From Eubacteriales bacterium (lineage in GTDB: Bacteria; Bacillota; Clostridia; Oscillospirales; CAG-272): DNA of 60,746 nt. The position numbers and the translations under genes are program-made. The notes beneath the pieces are model-generated. The model was not told the DNA's origin and did not search any database. It was given only the letters and a program-made list of their open reading frames with translations. This document shows, in pieces, positions 57,001 through 60,746 of the stretch (within the stretch, counting starts at the first letter, position 1; each line of letters begins with the position of its first letter). Location of the stretch: NCBI GenBank assembly GCA_045658525.1, contig JAZOVD010000041.1:1-60746 (forward strand), in the 5' to 3' direction.

Positions 57001-60000
57001 AGATAAGCGAGGCTTCTCTCGTTACTACGGCGGTCGGAAACGACGAGTATAAAGCTCCCGAGGGCGAAAAGCCCGTATCCGTTAAGAACGGAACGCAGTA
57101 CGCTACCTGGTGGGAGGCTGTAAATAACAACGGCGGTGTTATAACCTTCCTTTCCGATTATGATTTCTCGCAGAGCGGCGACCATAACCTGATTGCGGCA
57201 ATAGCTAACCTTACTATTGACCTTAACGGCTATACCGTAAGACTTTCCGATAACGGACTTCTCAACTTCTCGGCTCACTGGAAGCCCGATACCGTAAACT
57301 ATACCATAAAGAACGGTACGATAATAGTTGATGACGCGCCGATAATCAATCATCTCAGAGCTAATACCGACGGAACGGTCACCGAAAAGATATACAATAT
57401 CACCTTTGATAACGTATATATTACCACCGCAGAGGGTGCGGCTGTAAAGAGCATTATAACCTCTCCTACCGCTCCCGACGGAACGAATATAATACAGCAC
57501 ATAACCTTCAACGACTGCGTTATAGACGTAAACAGACGCGATATGCCTAAGTGTCCCGTTACGGTATTTTCAAACGGAAGTGGTAATATCACTACCGACT
57601 ATACCTTTAACAGCGGTGAGATAATCGTTTCCTCTACCACCAAGCTCACGCTTTGGGAGAATGGAGATAACGTTTACTTCAAGGCAGACGAAAACGGTGA
57701 ATTTACCACTATAAGTACAACTGAGGCTTCTTCTGTTTCGAGCGAGCTTAACGCTCAGAGCGATAAGGGATTTGCAACCCTTGCGCTTGATAGCGCGGCA
57801 AACGGTTGGAAGCTCTATAGGGTTACGGGTGCGAAGTACGCCACTCCTTACGGAGTTATTCCCGACGATAAGGACCCCGAGACGTATCCCTTCGCGGCAT
57901 TTACGGGCGGCGAGCTTATAGGTCTTTACACCAAGTTCAGCACAAACTCCGACAGCGACAAGGATCACGCGCTCTACGCCGCGTGGAAAAACGCGGCAGG
58001 CTCCGCCAGAGGCGAGCATAATAATGAGATACAGATCTTCCTTCGCCGTGATTACGATATGACGACGGGCGCGGACGTCGGCTTCCCCAACATTGCTCAG
58101 ATAGGCGGAACGCTCGTTATAGACCTTAATAGCAATACGCTCACTATGAATAGCGATATGGCGTTTATAAGCCTTACCTCTAAGTACGGTTATGACCCGA
58201 ATTGGAGCGGAAAGAACAGCGTAAACGGCGGTAACCACATTTATCCCTCTAACTTCGTAATAAAGAGCGGAGAGATAGTGACAAACGGTTCTCCCCTGAT
58301 CAGCTATTCCTCTATGTCCTCAAAGAACAGTGACGGCTCGGATAACACTAACGTTCTCAACCGTTACGACAAGCAGAAGGTCACGGATATACTGTTCGAC
58401 GGTGTTGAAATTGACGCTAAATCTCAGATGATCAGTACGTCAAACACCTCAAATCAGGAATTCGGTGCGCTCTGTAACGTCACGTTCAATAACTGCGATC
58501 TTGACATCAGCAGAATAACCGGCGCGGCTACACTCTTTGATGGAACCGATACCGCTTTGATGAATGACCTTAACGTCAAGATAAACGGCGGTAATATAAC
58601 CGCTTCCCAGATATCCGCTATAACGCTTTCCGCACTCGATACCGACGAAACCTTGGTATTTGGCAAGGATGAGAACGGAAGCTACACCACGCTCACGATG
58701 CCCGCCACCGCTGAACTTGCGGTATTCGGTGGTGTAAACGATGAGGGCAAGTACGTTGAATTCGGAAACGGCGTAGCTGACGGCGATAACAACGTTTATT
58801 CGCTCAAAGCCAGCACGATGATAACGGAGTACGGTATTATTCCGAGCGAGTATGCGGATACCACGGCTTATCCGTTCGCTATATTCACGGGCGGAAAATT
58901 CGTAACGGCTACCGCTTATTGGGTCACTGCGGGACCGGAGAACAACTACGCGCCAAGCACTGACTCTGTTCTTCAAAGTATGCTTTTATACCTTAGAGGA
59001 ACATATACCACTCAGTATCAGGTGCTTTTGCGTCGTGATTACGATGCCGCATCAACGGGTAACACATCGAACACTAACTTCCCGAACTTTGCTCAGATCG
59101 GCGGAGAATGGATACTTGATCTTGGCGGAAATACGATTTCCTTCCCGTCAACCCAAAGTATGATCAATATGAGCGCGACGTACGGTTATGACGGCGCAAT
59201 ATCTCCGAAGAAAAACCACGTTTATCCGTCGTCCTTCATAGTAAAGAACGGAACGGTAAACAATAATAGGGTATTAATAGAACAATCCTGCCGCAATACC
59301 GCCAATGCAAATTGGGATACTGATAAAATATCTAATATAACCTTTGATAACGTTATACTTAACGTTCCGGCTGCGGGAGTACTCAGCGTTAGCCCTACCT
59401 GCCACGCAACTTACAAGCATTATCTCACCCTTACGCTTAATAACTGTGAGATAAACTTAAAGGCAAACAACACCACGCTCTTTAAGGGTGCGGCAAGCAC
59501 TGTCAATAACAGAGCTTACGTTACCGTAAACGGCGGTCAGATAAACGCAGGCGGTTATACGGGTACAACGATAGCGAACTTCCCCGCTTCTGCGGACACC
59601 TTTACTCTCGGTAAGGGCGAAAACGGCTACCTCGAATATACGGCAACCAAGGCTGGCGTACCCTCTGCGGCGGCGTTCAACACCACCGAAAACGGAGCTT
59701 CCTACTTCGGTAGATATTCTATGGCGGTTTCGGGCAGCGTTAAGACTTACACCTACCGTCTCGGCTCTCAGACAAAGTACGGAGTTATTCCCTACGATTA
59801 TACGGCAAATGACTATCCGTTTGCGGTATTCTCTGACGGTGAGCTTATCGGCGCGTTCGCTGTACTGATAGACAACAACGATAATGACGGAATAAAGTAC
59901 GACAATAAGATAGGTGGCGTATCGAGTGCGTTCGAGCAGGCGAGAGCTATTCTCGTAGGACGTAGCGGAAATAGCGCGCAGATACTTGTCAGACGTGATC

Positions 60001-60746
60001 ATACTATTGACGTTACGAAAGCAGCCGGATATAACAACTTCGCGCACTTCGATGGAGAGTTTGTTCTCGACCTTAACGGAAAAACTCTTACGCACGACAG
60101 CACCAACCCCGTGTTCTCGGTTGATGCAAAGCAGAGCTACAACAACTATGACAGTAAGACGTACGTTCCGATAGCTAACGTGACCATCAAAAACGGTACT
60201 CTTATCACCAAGGGCGCGCTCATAAGGTTCAGTACCTTAAACAGCGCTAATTACAATAACGCAGACGGATATAAGATTATGAACTACGTTTTCGAGGATC
60301 TTAATGTGGTTTATAAGAATGAGAGCTACACCGCGCTTATCGCGTATCCGAGAGCAATGTCAAGCTACAACACCGTAAAGCAGGCAGATTTCAATATCAC
60401 GCTTAATAACTGCACGCTTGACGCAAGCGCGATTACGGCAGCTTCGCTCCCGCTCGTTGTAGGTAAAGACCTCGATACGAGCCTTAACTTAAATGACGTA
60501 AACGTAGTTATAAACGGCGGTAAGATAATCACTAATGCTACCAAGATCACCGCAGGCTCGTTCAACGAGATAGTCGGTGAAAACGGCGATAGCCTTACCT
60601 TCGGTAAGTATAACGACAGTTACACCACCTTTACAGGCGTAAACGTTCCTACCGACGTATTTGATACGACCGAGGGCTACAAAGCAGTATTCGGCAAGGT
60701 AGGAGAGATCTACACGCTTGTACCCGCTGAGCTGAAAATAGTCGGC
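54051..60746 (+). CDS. Giant secreted multidomain protein, first 2232 codons (open at the right edge): signal peptide, alpha/beta-hydrolase (esterase-like) domain, Ig-like domain, CBM-like modules, and tandem beta-helix-like repeats of about 320 aa
   Basis: GAAAGGAG RBS. MKIKTRITSFLLLLCMLIGMMPLSAISVFA signal peptide. GNSKGG nucleophile elbow near 55270. I translated 54051-55320, 55800-56220 and 57300-60746 by hand and found no stop. The remainder is inferred open, because the ORF track shows no competing + strand ORF and omits edge-truncated ORFs. Confidence 0.85.
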   Translation, partial: MKIKTRITSFLLLLCMLIGMMPLSAISVFASGDSTEEKEDATVKIEEELSDYIQGGTQEFTDDGYIGIPYEITVYYDASKGSTKSGYNGTPVILYIVNSSAERLGTETDVNIITSMIERGYVVAVLDYLNNAKAVSPGLEYSVQKIRTKLRTGTYFKDKTLFPGSAYHENHAVPAGHNVSLSNVFYEIDKHGTDGTIERIVHVWNEDFRGVKRDTVVKWVDEDGNRKTTQNGFDDGKYPVEPVWYADAAGTTVDNEKGQYTRLRYTKAMTITDCVQKDGSPLDFSLYMHVIYPDKPLNDVPVMTLASSSEHITSGTYTESRPYLVGYSLNGYAVSVYDFEYVPMSRNDHYGYFSGDQVGGITGQNGTFALGSFNRSNYNTAAIRYLRYLSITDHDTFKFDNDRFGLYGNSKGGFQTFLGAAALRESATVDEFGGSAEALAAYVDKKVATFLNDGYIGATDPITGIHTKYDGNSRYQNGKTEDIVKGSYVVHGGELQPWLTYTDENGVLREIPSGLQWVYSSCGGTTIQPWENHAPVFTAANYYDNFGSGYSTHNYLENLLRIYDIPSLFFEAPLQHDVISGLDVNYGVDGYDALFKHTAYYLKDTPVSVVYSIPANGDAGVKTTDGITIRFYGPVAAEEIAKVVIKDENGNVAQGEWVSGYGKTQWVFNPVALNGGVKYTVTVPASLKGDNGKEMGAEDSFTFYTKGESAVDFEITTPVSVTNENGTYFKFTVPSSLTAPNNTLKLRFKVSNAAANVAQIYEASSETDTAGAMIGKINLKGAGYYEYDVTDYVMGKTAGETVYFLVKAAKAVVDTVTYSHDFANIGDFVKGGSLSTPEFVTEVAGEAVTAMKVYNTGIGGWYPVVLSNNKIINGGKAVTEDDYGRTFMIKLRVYDTASRPFQLWFNDCTNGSETTGDYSYTRTATHTVAGEWIEVSVPYTVYEMDYGVQEQVKQFKLVAYSTGGTLAPYYIDNFTVTEHVTAIEISEASLVTTAVGNDEYKAPEGEKPVSVKNGTQYATWWEAVNNNGGVITFLSDYDFSQSGDHNLIAAIANLTIDLNGYTVRLSDNGLLNFSAHWKPDTVNYTIKNGTIIVDDAPIINHLRANTDGTVTEKIYNITFDNVYITTAEGAAVKSIITSPTAPDGTNIIQHITFNDCVIDVNRRDMPKCPVTVFSNGSGNITTDYTFNSGEIIVSSTTKLTLWENGDNVYFKADENGEFTTISTTEASSVSSELNAQSDKGFATLALDSAANGWKLYRVTGAKYATPYGVIPDDKDPETYPFAAFTGGELIGLYTKFSTNSDSDKDHALYAAWKNAAGSARGEHNNEIQIFLRRDYDMTTGADVGFPNIAQIGGTLVIDLNSNTLTMNSDMAFISLTSKYGYDPNWSGKNSVNGGNHIYPSNFVIKSGEIVTNGSPLISYSSMSSKNSDGSDNTNVLNRYDKQKVTDILFDGVEIDAKSQMISTSNTSNQEFGALCNVTFNNCDLDISRITGAATLFDGTDTALMNDLNVKINGGNITASQISAITLSALDTDETLVFGKDENGSYTTLTMPATAELAVFGGVNDEGKYVEFGNGVADGDNNVYSLKASTMITEYGIIPSEYADTTAYPFAIFTGGKFVTATAYWVTAGPENNYAPSTDSVLQSMLLYLRGTYTTQYQVLLRRDYDAASTGNTSNTNFPNFAQIGGEWILDLGGNTISFPSTQSMINMSATYGYDGAISPKKNHVYPSSFIVKNGTVNNNRVLIEQSCRNTANANWDTDKISNITFDNVILNVPAAGVLSVSPTCHATYKHYLTLTLNNCEINLKANNTTLFKGAASTVNNRAYVTVNGGQINAGGYTGTTIANFPASADTFTLGKGENGYLEYTATKAGVPSAAAFNTTENGASYFGRYSMAVSGSVKTYTYRLGSQTKYGVIPYDYTANDYPFAVFSDGELIGAFAVLIDNNDNDGIKYDNKIGGVSSAFEQARAILVGRSGNSAQILVRRDHTIDVTKAAGYNNFAHFDGEFVLDLNGKTLTHDSTNPVFSVDAKQSYNNYDSKTYVPIANVTIKNGTLITKGALIRFSTLNSANYNNADGYKIMNYVFEDLNVVYKNESYTALIAYPRAMSSYNTVKQADFNITLNNCTLDASAITAASLPLVVGKDLDTSLNLNDVNVVINGGKIITNATKITAGSFNEIVGENGDSLTFGKYNDSYTTFTGVNVPTDVFDTTEGYKAVFGKVGEIYTLVPAELKIVG
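57040..60746 (+). repeat. Tandem in-frame coding repeats (about 316-329 aa per unit, at least 3.8 units) within the giant gene
   Basis: Anchor motif YG(V/I)IP at 57849, 58830 and 59778. Anchor RRD(Y/H) at 58044, 59031 and 59991. Recurrent motifs FPN(I/F)AQIGG, xTFxNxxI, NGGxI and FGKxENGxY. Confidence 0.8.

Noticed and set aside
55587-57500. 637-aa ORF on the minus strand, plus the further minus-strand ORFs at 57570-58238, 58449-58976, 59457-60095 and 54435-54917.
   Set aside because: They lie antisense to the giant + strand gene. Their translations are Y/R/V/G-rich with no recognisable motifs and no RBS, and the + frame gives a coherent multidomain secreted protein. They are typical shadow ORFs.

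Overview
A 60.7 kb chromosomal segment from a spore-forming Firmicute of class Clostridia (spoIIR, abrB and ftsK/spoIIIE are present, RBSs are GGAGG-type, and many promoters are near-consensus TTGACA-17-TATAAT). All assignments come from reading the sequence and recalling motifs; no database search was run. About a quarter of the window (37189-52718, + strand) is a complete S10-spc-alpha ribosomal protein cluster running from rpsJ to rplQ, including secY, adk, map, infA, rpmJ and rpoA. The left edge carries the start of rplJ on the minus strand. The remainder is mostly housekeeping: ribF, an acyl-CoA ligase, mltG, a U32 peptidase, proA, argF, typA, split transketolase, DJ-1, MTHFS and methyltransferases. 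Features worth a second look: (1) a modular, hairpin-rich intergenic repeat family with 8 copies, which shows compensatory stem changes, flanks argF as direct repeats, and supplies the last codons and stop of three unrelated genes; (2) a tightly packed 5-gene minus-strand operon (22452-28561) of methyltransferase, orphan ABC-2 permease, two truncated MutS-like ATPases and DUF975; (3) two short ORFs absent from the ORF track, a 38-aa Cys-rich peptide and a 51-aa Gln/Asn-only protein; (4) an open-ended secreted protein of more than 2232 aa (54051 to the window end) with an esterase-like head and tandem repeats of about 320 aa, next to an AraC regulator; (5) smaller oddities, including a non-AUG infA start, a Cys4 motif in L24, and paired half-size TauE genes. 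No rRNA, tRNA, CRISPR array, transposase or integrase was recognised.
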